From NCBI GenBank assembly GCA_965112735.1, contig OZ218954.1, positions 2,542,001-2,606,000 of the forward strand: a stretch of 64,000 nt of DNA, read 5' to 3'. Every line of letters begins with the position of its first letter. Position 1 is the stretch's first letter. The translations under genes were made by a program, and so were the position numbers. The notes beneath the pieces were generated by a model, which saw only the letters and a program-made list of their open reading frames with translations, was not told the DNA's origin and did no database searches. Positions 37,701 through 50,737 of the stretch are shown piece by piece. This DNA comes from Phaeosaccion multiseriatum (taxonomy: Eukaryota > Protista > Ochrophyta, other classes).

Positions 37701-38044
37701 GCAGGGGTGGCTACGGAGGGTATGGCGGGGGTGGAGGGGGTTACGGTGGAGGCCAGGGGGGATACGCTTCCATGGCCGGAGGGGGAGGCGCACCTCAACA
37801 TCACGGCTACGGAGGATACGGTGGTGGTGGGGGAGGAGGAGGCGGAGGGGGTGAGTACGGAGGCGGAGGCGGTGGGTATGGCAGGGGCGGACACAGTGGC
37901 GGCGGCGGTGGCGGTTGGGGGGGCGGCGCTGGCGGCTATGGGGGGAACTCTAGTGCTGCTCATCACGGAGGTGGGGCAGGAGGCTATGGCGGCGGGATGG
38001 GAGGCTACGGAGGCGTGGATAACCGATTTGCCCAACGTCGATGA
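34776..38044 (+). CDS. hnRNP F/H/ESRP-like RNA-binding protein, five qRRMs plus Gly/Tyr-rich tail
   Basis: Five R[LM]RGLP[WFY] motifs, each with downstream G[ED][AG]FV and R[YWF][IVL][ED] motifs across exons; GGYGG-rich C-terminus. Confidence 0.9.
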
Positions 38045-38177
38045 TGTGAGGAGCGAATGGGCAGAGCTTCCATGGGAAACTCCGACTTTTGAACTTGCGC
38101 GATAAGGCCTGCAATATCATTAGGACAAACTCTTATGCCACCTTCAAGAATCTCGCTTGTAAAAGCTTCCCAACAAA

Positions 38178-41100
38178 TTATACGACAGCTGGACGACTGA
38201 AGTTCCCCCTCGACGTGCATTCCGTCTTGGTAGCAGCACCATCTTCCGTTTCCCCACCCGCAGCAGGGTGCCGTTTTAAGACGGCTTCCCACGTGTCCCT
38301 GATTGTTGCAACAATGCCGTTCCAGGTGGGGTGTCAGCACCGCAGAGCGCCACAAAACAGTACAAGAACAAGAAGCAAAAGTTCTAAGCTTTGTACACAC
38401 CTGGAATGGATAATGTCGAATATGAGAGACGGAATGTCCGCGAGGGGCACGCGGATCTGCAGCATTGTGTCTCGCTCACGAACGGTGGCGGTGTTGTCCT
38501 CCAGAGTCTCGAAGTCCACAGTGACGCCTGAAGAAAACAGCACGATGAGTAAGTTAACGCAGGGTCAAAGTGAACAGCAGCTCCAAGTCCAAACTAGGGA
38601 GCTTACCAAACGGAATGCCAATCTCGTCTGCTCTGGAGTATTTTCTTCCGATCGCAACTCCGGAGGCGTCCAACTTGCAGCTGATGTTGGCTTCCTGTGT
38701 ACATACGTGCCAAAGGAGCACACAGCCGGAGCAAGACGCGAATAGCGTGTGTACGCGTGCTTCTTCACCCAACGAGCCACCCTCTCACTCACCTGCAGCT
38801 TTGCCAGCAACTTGTCGCAAGCGGGGTAGAAGACCGGTGTTGCAGATAGGGGAAACACTCCCACCTTGATCGGCGCCATCAATGCACTGCGGCGGCAGGA
38901 CGAGGAAGCAAGCAGGGCGGAGGAAGCGAGTCACTCTTCTATTCGTCCCCATATCGACACCATGACAGTACACTTACTTGAACGCGAACACGCTTCGCTG
39001 TTCATCCTTTTCTCGCACGTAGAAGCTGTGCTCCAGCAATGAATACAGAATGCGTCCCATGCCAAAGGAGGGCTCAATGACGGACGGGAGGAACTTGACA
39101 TCCTGAGTCATGGATTCGACGCGCGTCCAAGACACCATCGACCTGTGGAGGATGGCCATTGGCGTGGGTGTGGCTCAGGGACAGCTCTAGCTGTGGCGGG
39201 GGACAGATCAGACCACCAACCTTTCAATCAGGCAAGCATCGCCGTCAACGTCCAGATGCGCTTCTCCGTCGGTGCCCAGCTTCTCCTCGAAGGCCTTCAA
39301 CGAAGCCTCATCCTCTGCAAGACCCTCCAGCGCCGCAATCACCTTCTTCTGAGTGGCCTTGAATTTCATTCCAATCTACAAAGCACACGTGTGCAAACTG
39401 TAAGCAAGTGGTAAAGTGGCGGGGGGGGGTGAAGTAGTGTGTGTGTGTCTCACCTGCTTCCTGTCCAGCTTCGCTCTGACAGTGGTCACCTTGGTGGGCT
39501 TGTCCAGCGTCATGTTCGCCTGCATGCTCGTATTGGTAGCTTTGGCGTGCACCTATCCGAGCAGAGGGGGGGGGGGGTGAAAGAGATTATACGCGCTTTC
39601 GATCGACAGTGGGCCTCCAAATGTCTCTTAACGCCCTCACCTGCAGATCGTAGCAAGCCCTGTCCGCATGCCCCACGCACTCCACCCACCCGTAGCTACT
39701 CTTGATCTCGAGGTCCCAGCAATCGCAAGCGTAGTGCGCCATCTCCGTCTTCAGGTGTTGTCGGAAGCGCATTCTCTCAGGGTCCATACCAATCTAGGAG
39801 AGACGACAACAGGACACTGTGGTTAAGGCAAGAGACTTCGAAACATACGAGCCCCCAGCCCGCCTCTTTGCCATCCTTTTTCTCAGCCAGCCCGACTTAC
39901 AGCCTCCATAAAGAGTTGGGTTCTGGCCATAAAATAACCAAGTGTCTCGTTGTTGACCAGCCCCGAAGCGACAGCTTTCCCAATGGCCATGGTGCACGTC
40001 TTGCCCGTATCCAGCTGGGCGTCCGCTCCAAAGAAGACAAGCTCCTTCTCTGCCAACGCCTGGAAGAGAGGTGCGTACAAGCGATGGGTGCCAGCCATTC
40101 ATTAGCTTGGTCTGCTGAGTGCACAAGTGCCCAGTGGGGATGCCCTCCTGCCCACCTTGAATCTTGGGTGGCTCTTGTCTTGCGGGTTCACAAAGTGCTC
40201 AATTTCCGCCAGGCAGAACTCCCGCACGCGCAGCAGGCCCGCCTGAGGCGATATTTCATTGCGGAAGCCTAGCCCCACCTTTGCGTAGCGGACGAGGGGG
40301 ATGAAGCAGAAAAATAAGAAACAAGACGCACTCCATAAACAAAGAAAGGCCCCCCACGAAGAAGGCAGTAGGAACCAGAGGCTATATGGCTGGCGGGCTC
40401 CCACCTGGGCGGCGGCAAAGGGCACCTTTCCCTGGTTGTAATCCAGCAGACGCCGGAAGTTGACGAAAAGGCCTTGCGCCGTTTCTGGTCGCAAGAACCC
40501 CACAGAGGTACCTTCCGGTCCAATATGGGTCTTGAACATCAGATTGAAAGGGAACGGCTCGGTGAGGTCATTTCCCAGCGTAGACTTGATGCCATACTCT
40601 TTGAGAAGAGCACCGAGCTCCTGCAGGCGTGTGCGTAGGAGACAAGACAGAGAGGTAGGTGAGAGGAGCCCGTGCGCAGGCAAAAGAAGAGCCCTGTGTA
40701 CCATCGGACCTCTGGTGAGTAGGCGTCGGCTTGGCGCTGCACTCGTTGATGAGCTTCGCGCTCCTGAAGAGATGAGACAGCAGGTACAGAGAGGAAGGAT
40801 GAGGTTAGGCCTGTGGTGCAATGCGGTGTCTATGCGCGCCGCTCCTGTTGTGCTGTGTGCCCAATCTGAGTAGGTCTCATACTCACCAGGGTGGGCATTG
40901 CAGGGGTCTGGTCGATGAGCCGGTCAATGTGGTCCTCCAGAAGCTTATCAGCTCGCAAGCATTCTCCTGTCTTCGTATCCTTGACCATCAGATCGGTGAA
41001 ACGGTCCACGTGACCCGATGTCCTTTAGATGCAACGACGAGGCAGGCAGGAAGGAAGTAAGGAAGGAAGAAAGGGGCCCAAGAGAGGTTACAACGCCATC

Positions 41101-41920
41101 AAGAGCAACCAGACATGTACGTCCCACCAGCTCGCAATACACTCTCTCACTTTAGAACGGACTGTGGAGTGAGATTAGTGCACTCCATCTCGAGCATTCC
41201 CTCCTGCAACACAAAGTGCTTCCTCCACGCATCCACCAAATTGGCCTTCAGTCCACACGCCGGAGGGCCGAGGTCGAACAGTCCCCCTACTCCTCCGTGG
41301 ATCTCAAAGGAAGGCACGATGAACATGCGGCGAAGGACAACCTGGTCGAAGACTGCGAGACTCCTTATGTAAGACTCGAGGCGCAAGCGGGTGGGCAGCG
41401 ACAGTAAGGATGTCGTAAGTTACCTTTCTTGTCGAAGGTGCTCTGCTCGCCCAGAGCCAAGGTAGCGGCTGCCAATTCAGCCTTTAGACGTAGCAAGGTC
41501 TCGACTGCTTCCTTAACAACCTCCGGCGCCGTTCCGTTCTTCTTCATTTCCCTCACACTCGCGCCCTGCTTGGCTACCTGGGCACCAAGCGAGTCCACAT
41601 CGGCCCCTTCCCCCTCATCCTTACTTGCTACTACAGCTGCTGGTGCTTCCGCTTGCACCGGCACCGCTGGGGCAGGTGTGCTCTCGGTAGGCTCCGAGGA
41701 AGAAAACACCGAGAATCGCGTCGTGCTGTTCGTCCCCATCATCTTGTTGCAATCGAAATCTGGGGAGGGAGATAATTGGGGGGATAGGGGGTTAGTTGGC
41801 GACGACGCCCCGCTCGGAGGCCCAACTCGTAAACAAGCACACACACTGAGAGACATCGAGGGAGGTGGATGGAGCACCTGTCGCGCCTTCTGGACCTGAC
41901 ATGTCTTCTAACGCGACCAT
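38178..41920 (-). CDS. GARS1: Glycine--tRNA ligase (eukaryotic type, WHEP domain); start uncertain (41920, 41902 or the MM near 41740)
   Basis: [14 protein letters not shown]...AVETLLRLK; [69 protein letters not shown]; last exon ...[10 protein letters not shown]...TAA 38178. Confidence 0.96.
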
Positions 41921-42000
41921 CCCAGGGTGCGGAGGAGGATGACGACCTTAGCAGCCCAGCCTGCCCTCCTCCGTGCATAGCCACGGCTCGAGAGGCGACG

Positions 42001-43248
42001 ATGGCGTTTCGCGGTTTGCGGGACTCGCTCGCACTGCCGGAGACTCAGGACGCGGCGCGGCAGGGTGGGTTGGGTCCTGCCTTGCTACAAGTCGTCCTGG
42101 AGCAGGGCTCTCACGTTGGTACCGCGAGCGACACCGTGGGCGACCCCGTGGCCGAGGCAAGCGTCGTGGAGTTGCGAAGGATGCTTCTGGCGGCGCTGCA
42201 ATGCTGCTGTAACTATGTGGCGTCGAATGTGGTCAATCGAGAAGAAACATGGAGCTCGTTGTTTCCTGACGGCTTCACTCGACTCTTACTCTCCTACCGG
42301 ACTTACAGGAAAGGGTTGGCGTATGTTGTTGCAATGATCAACACCTGTGTGGCTACGTTTGAGAGAGGAGGAGAAGACGGTGCTCCACCATCAGGTCACC
42401 TCGCCCAGTTAGCTTCGCACCGTCCTCTGATTGGCCTTCTTGCCCGATCAGTGGCTCCTGGCGCCACTGCTGCTGCCACTGCGGATGCCGAAGACTCCGA
42501 CCCCGCCTTCGAATGGTTTTACATCTTGTGGAGCCAGCTTTGTTCCCAGGGACTGTGTAAAACAGTGTACGAAGGTGTGGGTGTCAGTCATTCCCCGTCA
42601 GCAGTAAGTTCGGAACAGCTTGTTTGTCTTCGCATGGTCGAAGCAGTGGTCTGCGACGTGCATGCCTTTGAGAAAGGCAAGGAGAGAGCTTCGGTCCACA
42701 CCATAATGGCCTGGCTGGTCGAGCTGCTGTCGAAAATGCCGCACTCGCGCGAACGTCTGACGGAGGGAGAGGACTTTGAGATTGTTCAACAGAGGATGCA
42801 AGAAGAAGCGACAAGGTGGATTCTGAGGGGGCTGTCGGGAGCGCTGCAAGTGTGGGGAGGGGGCAAGTTGCCGAATGTCCTCGAGAGCGAAGGACATGCC
42901 ACCCTGGAACTTTTGGTGACGACGTGTCTTGACATGATGACAGCGTTGGGCTCGCCCGCTGTCAGATCAGGGTTGGATGGTGGTTCGGAACGACGAAGCT
43001 CCGCCCCCCCCGCCCCCCCAGACGGGCGAAAGGTCGACGTTATGAAGGTGATTTGCAACGCAGCGTTCAGGTACCCTGCTGCCCAGGATGTGATGAGAGA
43101 GAAGGGGGGGCTGGTGGTTGTCCTGAATCAGTTCAATATCGAAGAGGCGAACCCCTTTCTTGGAGAATGGGCCACTCTTGCACTCCGAAATCTCTGTGAG
43201 GGAAATCCTACCAATCAATCGCGCGTGTCTCAGTTGCAAAAACGATAG
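42001..43248 (+). CDS. ATXN10: Ataxin-10 domain protein (single exon; upstream in-frame ATG at 41869)
   Basis: C-terminal QDVMREKGGLVVVLNQFNIEEANPFLGEWATLALRNLCEGNPTNQ is the ataxin-10 signature. Confidence 0.88.
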   Translation: MAFRGLRDSLALPETQDAARQGGLGPALLQVVLEQGSHVGTASDTVGDPVAEASVVELRRMLLAALQCCCNYVASNVVNREETWSSLFPDGFTRLLLSYRTYRKGLAYVVAMINTCVATFERGGEDGAPPSGHLAQLASHRPLIGLLARSVAPGATAAATADAEDSDPAFEWFYILWSQLCSQGLCKTVYEGVGVSHSPSAVSSEQLVCLRMVEAVVCDVHAFEKGKERASVHTIMAWLVELLSKMPHSRERLTEGEDFEIVQQRMQEEATRWILRGLSGALQVWGGGKLPNVLESEGHATLELLVTTCLDMMTALGSPAVRSGLDGGSERRSSAPPAPPDGRKVDVMKVICNAAFRYPAAQDVMREKGGLVVVLNQFNIEEANPFLGEWATLALRNLCEGNPTNQSRVSQLQKR

Positions 43249-43264
43249 TTGGCAGGCTGTTTTT

Positions 43265-46200
43265 TTAAGGCTGGTGCGTTCTCTCGTGGGCTTCAAAAAG
43301 AGTGCTCGCAACCAAGTTTCTTGATTGAGCTGTCTGTCGATCAATGTGGACACAGCCAGGTGCTTTAATCCTGGTCCTTCCTCGGGTAGCCTTGCTCCAT
43401 TCCATCGCCGGACCAGCAGCGACGGCGGTAGGACTGACCGTGGCGGCAAAGCCGGCCCACTCAGGGACAGCGTGTCTCAAGGGGTGACGGGTCAGCTGTC
43501 GCAGAGTCATCTCGGGAGTTACAAAGTCCGTCTGGGTGCATGATGTTGCAGAGAGTTGAGTCGCACGGTGCTCGGTCTGTACATAAACTGTTTTGGAGTC
43601 ACAACGGGCGGGGACGCTCTGCTCGATGGCTAGCTGTGCCTTGGCCAATACTGCATCGTTCGCGGCTTCTTCGTACTTCACTCTGAGTTTCGCCAGCTCC
43701 GCCGCCTCTTGTTTCGTCTCACGGTCCTGTGCTTGCCGCAGCCGCGCCGCCTCCTCTTCAAGTCTGGTCAGAGCCTTTCGAAGGTCCTCGAGCCTCGATC
43801 GGGCCTCCGCCAGCTCTGCCTCTTTCCCCTTGGCCAGGTGCGCGGCGAGTCCTTCGTCCCGAACCCTCTGCTCTTCCAGTTGCATATTCTTGTTCCGATA
43901 GAAGATGTTCCGCTCCGCTTCCAGCCTCGCACTCTCAAGTTCTCGCTCAAGCCTCTGCACATCTTGGACAAGAGCCCCCTTCTGCTTTCGACACAGCAGG
44001 AGATTGCTTGTGGTTGTTTCGACCTCGTCGATACGCATCTGCAAACCGGCCTCCAGCGTCTCGACTCGTTCCACCATCTTTGCTGCCTTTTTGGAGCTTT
44101 CGTTCATTGTGTTGCTGTGTTGCGCCTCAACCTGGAGGAGAGTATCGCTGGCAAGCGTCTTTTCGCGGAGAAGAGTTTTGAGCTGATCCTTGAGCGCATC
44201 TACGGCCCTTTTACAGCGCAACTTGACGTAGGGCGGCCCGCATTGTGCCACGTCGGCCTGGGCGGCTTTAACGTCTTTGCTGTCTGCAAACTTTCGTTCC
44301 CTCTCTTCCGCTTGTCTCCGCTCTGCCTCCTGCTTTTCTTTCTCCGCCCCTGGCCCGTCTCCCTGCGGCTGACCCCTCCGAAGCTGCTGGGCACTCCATA
44401 GTTTTTGCTTCATGCTTTCAACATCCCCGCATGTCTTGCACACGTCTTGCACGACTTTCCGGAAGGAGGAGCACATCTGAACGCTCTCTTCCTTGAGCTT
44501 TGCGTTTCCTGTCTCCAGCAGTGTGACTTTCTTCGACAAGCTCTCGACTCTGTCTTGCAGCTCCCAGGTGTTCACGCCTGGTATTGTGTTGGCCTGTGCA
44601 ATCTCTAGCCGGGTATTTGTCTCGGCCAGCTGTGCAAAGAAAGAAGGCAGCACGGTGATGAGAAGACGTAGTTCAAATACCACGCCCCCAACCCACTCAC
44701 GTACCTGCTCTCGCATAATTTCCAATTCAGCACTGGCTCCAGAGAGTCTCCCCATTAGCTCGTGAGTGACCATGGTGTGTCTCATCTTCATTGAAGCCAA
44801 CGCAGACTTTGCGGTCTCCATTGGGTCTTCACCCTCACCATCACACGCATCTTCTCCCTCCCATGCGTCATCGTCTTGGTGGGAAGGAGACACGCCAGAG
44901 GCTAACTCAAGATTGCGCAACTCTTCCTCCATCTCTTTCTGGCGATTGCTGACGTGGCCTTGCTTCTTAAGCTGCTGAGTCGCCGTATCCGCCCTCTTGG
45001 TGGCAATGCTGTGGAGGCTCTTGAGGTTCTCAATTTCTCCGTCTCGCTCCTCCATTATTTGTCTCATACTTTCAACCTCCTCCTCGTGCTTCGCACGCAT
45101 AGTCTTCATCATAGCGCGCAACACTTCTTCCGCTTTTGCCGTCGCACTCTGTGATGCAGCAGGGTCTGCTGCTGCTGCTGCTCCTTTCCCGTCCTGGCTG
45201 AATCCAAGAATCAGACGCCACCGATCCACCGTACACACCTTGGCCGCAGTTTGTGGAGGAGGGGAGGGGGGGCGAGGAATGGAGAAGGGAGGTGTTTTAG
45301 GAGGTGTATGGGTACATGAATGGAGTGAGGGAGTGTGCTCGATGTCGGAGGGGCGAGGAAAGAATGAAGGAGGTGTGCTGGGAGGTGGTGGATGCGTATA
45401 CGGAGTGAGGGAGTGTGTCACTTGGGAGCGAGGAAGGGAGAAGGAGGTGTGTCAGGAGGTGCATGGGCACGTGAATGGAGTGAGGGAGTGTGTCACTTCG
45501 ATCTCCATGTCGGAGGGGCTCGACACGCACACGCACTTACTTACCCGGTCCTCCATCATGCCTGCGTTATGTACATTAGCATCGCCAGTGGAGAGCTGCA
45601 TATCCGCTGATTCGATTCGATTGGTCTCCCCATCCGACAAGGCAGGTTCTTTCCCCTCCTGCTGCTGCTGCTGCACAGTCTTCTCCTCCTCCTCCTGCAC
45701 AGTTTTAAGAGGTGTACGGGTACGTGAATGGAGTGAGGGAGGGTGTCACTTCGATCTCCATGTCGGAGGGGCTCGACACGCACACACACCCACTTACCAG
45801 GTCCTCCCTCCTGACTGCGTTACGCACATGAGCATCGCCAGTGAGGAGCTGCACGTCCGCTGGTTCGACTCGGTTGGTATCCCCATCCGACGAGGTAGGT
45901 TCTTTCTCCTCCTCCTCCTCCTGCTGCTGCTGCTGCTGCAAAGTCTTGTCCTCCTTCTGCCGCATAGTCTCCTCCTCCTCCTCCTCCTCTCCGTGCTTCC
46001 TCTCCTCCGCACTCCCTATTCGAGGGCTAGCTACAGTCCCCTCAGCGGCCGATTGGCCAAGAAGAGCGTTTGGAGATTTCCTGGCTTTCGCCAATAAGCG
46101 CAACAAAAGCTTATGGGAGAGCCGAAGTCCCTCTCCTTTCAGCGCACTCTCAATTGACGCTGTGCTCAGCTCGTTGTCAGAGCCGGTCGTCATTGAGTCG

Positions 46201-47702
46201 GCAGGAACGGCCTCCGCGAGAGGCCTGTTTTGCTCTTGAGCTTCCGCAAGCGCCACTCTGAGGTCGGAAACTAACGCTTGGAGCGTTCCGGAATTAAAGT
46301 CTACTCCGCCGCTCTTCAAGGCAGCTTCGATTTGGGTGGTGGTCAGAGTAACCTGCCCCCCGGTCCCATTTTCGTCGGTTTCTTGCACAGACTGGCCTGG
46401 AAGAGCGAAGGCCTCGCGGCCTTTCTCTTCCTGGTTCTCTAGAGCCTGCTGCTCGAGCTGGCGCACAACTTCTTCTAGCTCCTGAACACGCGCAATGTGC
46501 TTGTCGTTATCTAACCGAAGCAGCCGGCTCTCCCTTGCATGATGCTCTTCCCCTCCCTTCCCCGCCTCCAATGCAGCCTTCAGTGAAACAATCTCCTGGC
46601 TCTTTTTCTTCTCCACACTCGTCAAAGTCTGAAGCTCTACACAAGCTTTTGCGTGAGCCGTCTGTGTTCGCTCCAATTCCCTTTTCATTCGCAAGCTTGC
46701 CTTTTTGCATTCGTCAAGCTCCTGGTCCTTGGCCAGCATCAAGTTGTTGCCCCACGCCGTCCTCCCGCCACAGTCTCTGACTTTCTGCTCTTCTTCAAGC
46801 ACTCGTATTTGCAACCCTTTGATTTTCCCCTCCAGCTTTTCCACCCTGTGAATATGCTTCGTGTTCTGATCGCTCTGGTTGCGGCGCGTTCGCTCCAGCT
46901 CTTCCCTCAGCAAAGGAATGGCTTCCAACTCGACATCCTTCCTGGCCAGTTTGGCTCGGCAGAGCTCTGATTCGGAGAGTCGGGCAGCCTTGGCTTCTCG
47001 AACACGTCCGCTACAATCCTCCCTAAGCTTCTCCATCTCCTCCAAGAAGAAGCGCTTGTGCTCCTCGTGCCTCTCCTTCTCTGCCTCTGCCTTGCGTCTC
47101 AAAATGCTCAGCTCGGCGTGCAGCTCAGCTCGACTCTGGGCCGAGGCAGCCAAGCCCTGCGACAATTGAGAGATCTGCTCATGTAAGGAGGCCACCTTTT
47201 TCGTCTCCCTCGTGATGATTTCCAGCTTCCCTCCACAGCTCTGACACGGGGCAAGCCGCAGGAACGAGTCCTCAGGAGAGAATAACTCAAGGACGGGCCT
47301 CATGTCCAACGAAGGAATCTTGTCCACAATGTCCGTCCCCGGAAGATACTTGTCGGTTCCCGTCTCCCGAACCTTCATCAACTCCATCTTGATGGCCACC
47401 ACATCGCTACAATAGGCCTACAGCGCACCGAGAGAGAGAGAGAGATAGTAGAGAGTGTGTGTGTGAGAGAGATTGTGTGTATGTGTGTGTATGTGTGTGT
47501 GAGAGAGAGAGGGAGTTCCAAGGAGCAGAGAACCGGGCGGCCGCAGGCCTCCTTCCTTTGGTCCTGCTCTTTCGAAGCGAGCCAACCACACCCCTCGGAA
47601 TTCGTTGCTCGGGCTCGCACACACCTTTCGAATGGCCTCAATCACTTCATTCCTTCGCTTCAGCTGCAGCCGCAGCGCCTCCACCTCCTCTTCCAGCTCC
47701 AT
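43265..47702 (-). CDS. Large coiled-coil protein of unknown function (multi-exon)
   Basis: ATG 47702 MELEEEVEALRLQLKRR; long E/K/L/Q heptad-rich ORFs 45705-47402 and 43265-45421; CxxC motif (PCQSCGG). Confidence 0.78.
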
Positions 47703-47835
47703 TATTGAGATGAGAGGGAAGTAATTGAAACGCCATTTTTTTTCAAACCACCAACAGGCTCACTGTGCCTAAGAAGGGGGGGGGGGGAACATCGCCGTCA
47801 AGAAGCCCTCGCCGCAACCCATCTCATCGTATACA

Positions 47836-48548
47836 ATGGCTTTCGAGATTTTGCGCGTAAGAGAGAACCAGCGTGGTCCTCCCCCTCCGTCCCTCCGTCC
47901 CTTCCTCTGTTAGGAGTCGTGAATTTTTAAGTTGGGAGCTGACAGTCTAGCAACTACGACTCTTAGCGTCTCTCCACTTGTGCCCTCCCTCCCTTCCTCC
48001 TCGCAGCCCTTCACGGCGCAAGAGCACAAGCTGTTCTTGAAAGCACTGGAGAAACATGGCGAGAGCTCGACAGGCAAGGAGTGGGACCTCATCACCAACT
48101 CTATTGGAACGCGGCGGCCGCGGGTAAGGCCACAAGGGGGGGCTGCTCCTGCTGTTCCCTCTCCTAACACGCGTTCCACGTACCTCCCATTGGTTGTCCT
48201 GCACAGGAGGTGGCTCTCCATGCACACCAGTACTTTCTCCTGCTGCAAGCGATGACAAGCAAGGACTCTGCAGCGAGCCCCGTGACGGAAGACGTGGGAC
48301 CGTCCACATGGACCCTGCAAGAAGATACCATCTTCGAAGCTGGGTTGGCGTACTTCTCCGAGGCGGATGAACATCGATGGCTTAAATTAAGCGAGCTACT
48401 ACCGGGGAAGGATGTCGAAGCAGTGAGAGAACGATTCAAGCGTTTGATCGCAGATATTTCCAATATCGAGTCGGGAAGGAGTGTAGCTGTGCGGTATCTT
48501 GAGTCGTCCAGCTCCTCCCACTCAAGGGGCGAGGCGGGAGCTGGATGA
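47836..48548 (+). CDS. Two-SANT/MYB domain protein (DIVARICATA/RADIALIS-related)
   Basis: FTAQEHKLFLKALEKHG...W...IGTR..|EVALHAHQYF (SHAQKYF class) and WTLQEDTIFEAGLA...RWLKLSELLPGKDVEAVRERFKRLIADISNIESG. Confidence 0.85.
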
Positions 48549-49038
48549 ATCGGCCGCGCCTCTTGCAATCAGCCTGGCAGCCGTGGCTTCGGCCTCGGAG
48601 GCCTCGATGGGAGAGGCAGAGGCAGTAGAAGAGGGAGAGATGGAGGCTTCGGCCTCGACGGCCTCGATAGGAGGGGCTGAGGGAGTGGGACTGATGGGGG
48701 AACTGAACGACATGCTGCGGCGGCTGCAGGCGCAGGGGGCTGACGAGAGGGAAGCAAGTGGCGGTGTGGTTGTACAGTACCTCAAGGACGGGCGCCTGCA
48801 GCGTGCCTTGGCGGCCGTAATTTAGTGATATATTGACAAGAGCTTGTTGCGAAAGCACTCATATTCGGCCCCTGACGTGATTCTGAGGGGCGGCACCAAA
48901 AATCCCCCTTTCACCCTTTTCCGCCCTCAGAATCACGAGGGCCGGTATTATTTTATATTGTATCGATTTTCGGGTCGATATTGCCAATCGATCCTCGAAC
49001 TTTGGATGGCACCAAAAGCCCTCCCCCTGCAATTCTTG

Positions 49039-49255
49039 CGAGAGAGAGAGAGACGGCAAGAGAACGAAACGCGAGCGCGAGAGGGAGAGAGACGGGAGAG
49101 AGAGAGAAAGAGAGAGCGCGAGCGCGAGAGGGAGAGAGAGAAAAGAGCGAGAGGAAGAGAAAGAGAGAGCGAGAGCGCGAGACGGAGAGAGAGGGGAGAG
49201 GGAGAAACGAGAGAGAAAGAGGGAGAGGGAGAGGGAGAGGAAGACAGGGAGAGGA
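49039..49255. repeat. GA-rich polypurine low-complexity tract
   Basis: Near-pure G/A sequence immediately 5' of the PRP18 ATG. Confidence 0.9.
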
Positions 49256-49258
49256 GTG

Positions 49259-50737
49259 ATGGATCTTCTCCGCTCATTGTCAAAGAAGAAGAATGACGCT
49301 TTCACAATCAGGGACGGAAAGCACAGCCCTTACCATCGAAGAGGAGACGTGAGGAAAGCGGAGCTTGAGCTCCGCAAGAAGGCACAGGAAGAGCTCGACG
49401 CGAAGAGAGAGGGAAGAGCAAAGTATGGGAACGGGCGAGAAAGTAAGGAAGTCGAGCGTGAAGGTACACCGCCCGTCGCTGGGGTGGTGTCCAGCGACAA
49501 TGAAGCCGTCGCGGAACCGATTCAGGCAGCAGTATCAGGAAGAGCAGCAGAAGCAGTAGAGAAAGTTGAGCAAGAGGAGTTGACTCGTCGCTTGCGCCGC
49601 ATGGGGGAGCCTATCTGCCTGTTTGGAGAGAGCGTCTCGATGCGGCAAGCTCGCCTCCGTTTGCTCGAAGATCGGGAGGAGCACAATGACGATTTTACTC
49701 TCGGACATGGGCACAATGTCAAGAACACCTTTCTAGAAAGGACTGAGGAGGCTGAAGGTGGGGATGCCTCCCGGAACAAGAAGAGTGAGGAGAGCGATAG
49801 TGACCATGAAGTCGAGGGAGGGTCGGTATCGGGGGCGTCTACTGGCCGCAAGAGAAGTCGCGCCTCAGCCACGGGGGCAGCGGACGAGGACAACATGGAG
49901 GCGCACAAGCTCATCAGGCACTTTTTCAAGGTTGGTTGGATCATCTTGTATAGACTTTCCTCCCCTCACACCACCCGAAAGGGCGTCTCTCTTAACTCCC
50001 TTTTGGGAGGAACTTCTTACAACCTTCCTCCTTCCGTGTGGTATGTATGCAATGTACCCAGGCTCTCTTGCGTAGATGGGAAATGGACTTAAACAGCAGG
50101 CCAGAAGCAGTTCGGAATTCAACTCAGGGGCGTATGGAGACCAAGTCTCAGAAGCAGACCAAGGACTACATGCGCCCCCTCTTCAAGGCGTGCAAGCAAA
50201 AGGCTCTGGACCCGGGCATCAAGGCCAACTTGGTGAAGATGATCAAGTTCATCAAAGAGGGAGAATTCGTCAGAGCGCATGACGTGTACCTCCAGACGGC
50301 GATCGGGAATGCGGCCTGGCCCATCGGTACGTACGAGTAAACAAGAAAGGCTCCCTCTCTTCCCTGCTTCGCAACTCTCTGCTTTTTTTCCCTCCTCCTC
50401 ACTACCCCCTGGCCCATCGGTAGGAATGAACATGACTCCCTCTCTTTCTCGCTTCGTAGGGCCTCTAATTCCTGACTCTTTTCTCCTCCTCACTAGCTCA
50501 CTCTCGTTCTCGCTTCGTAATCCCCGAATTACTCTCTTCTCCTCACTACCCCCCTCCCCAGGCATCACTATGGTGGGAATTCATGAACGCAGCGGACGGG
50601 AAAAGATTAACAGCAGTAAGGTGGCTCACATCATGAACAATGAGGCCCAACGGAAGTACCTCGTGAGCATCAAGAAGCTTATGACCTACGAGCAAGACCA
50701 GCGCGACGACGTTCTCCCCAGCAAGAAAGTTCGATAG
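49259..50737 (+). CDS. PRPF18: Pre-mRNA splicing factor 18
   Basis: [16 protein letters not shown] (PRP4-like motif), [10 protein letters not shown]|[15 protein letters not shown]...[13 protein letters not shown]; 3 exons. Confidence 0.95.

Noticed and set aside
48499-48825. Ala/Glu-rich ORF after the MYB stop
   Set aside because: No ATG start and no clear splice link to the MYB frame; it could be an alternative C-terminus but is unsupported.
48844-49305. RE/SL-rich ORFs
   Set aside because: Translation of a GA low-complexity tract.
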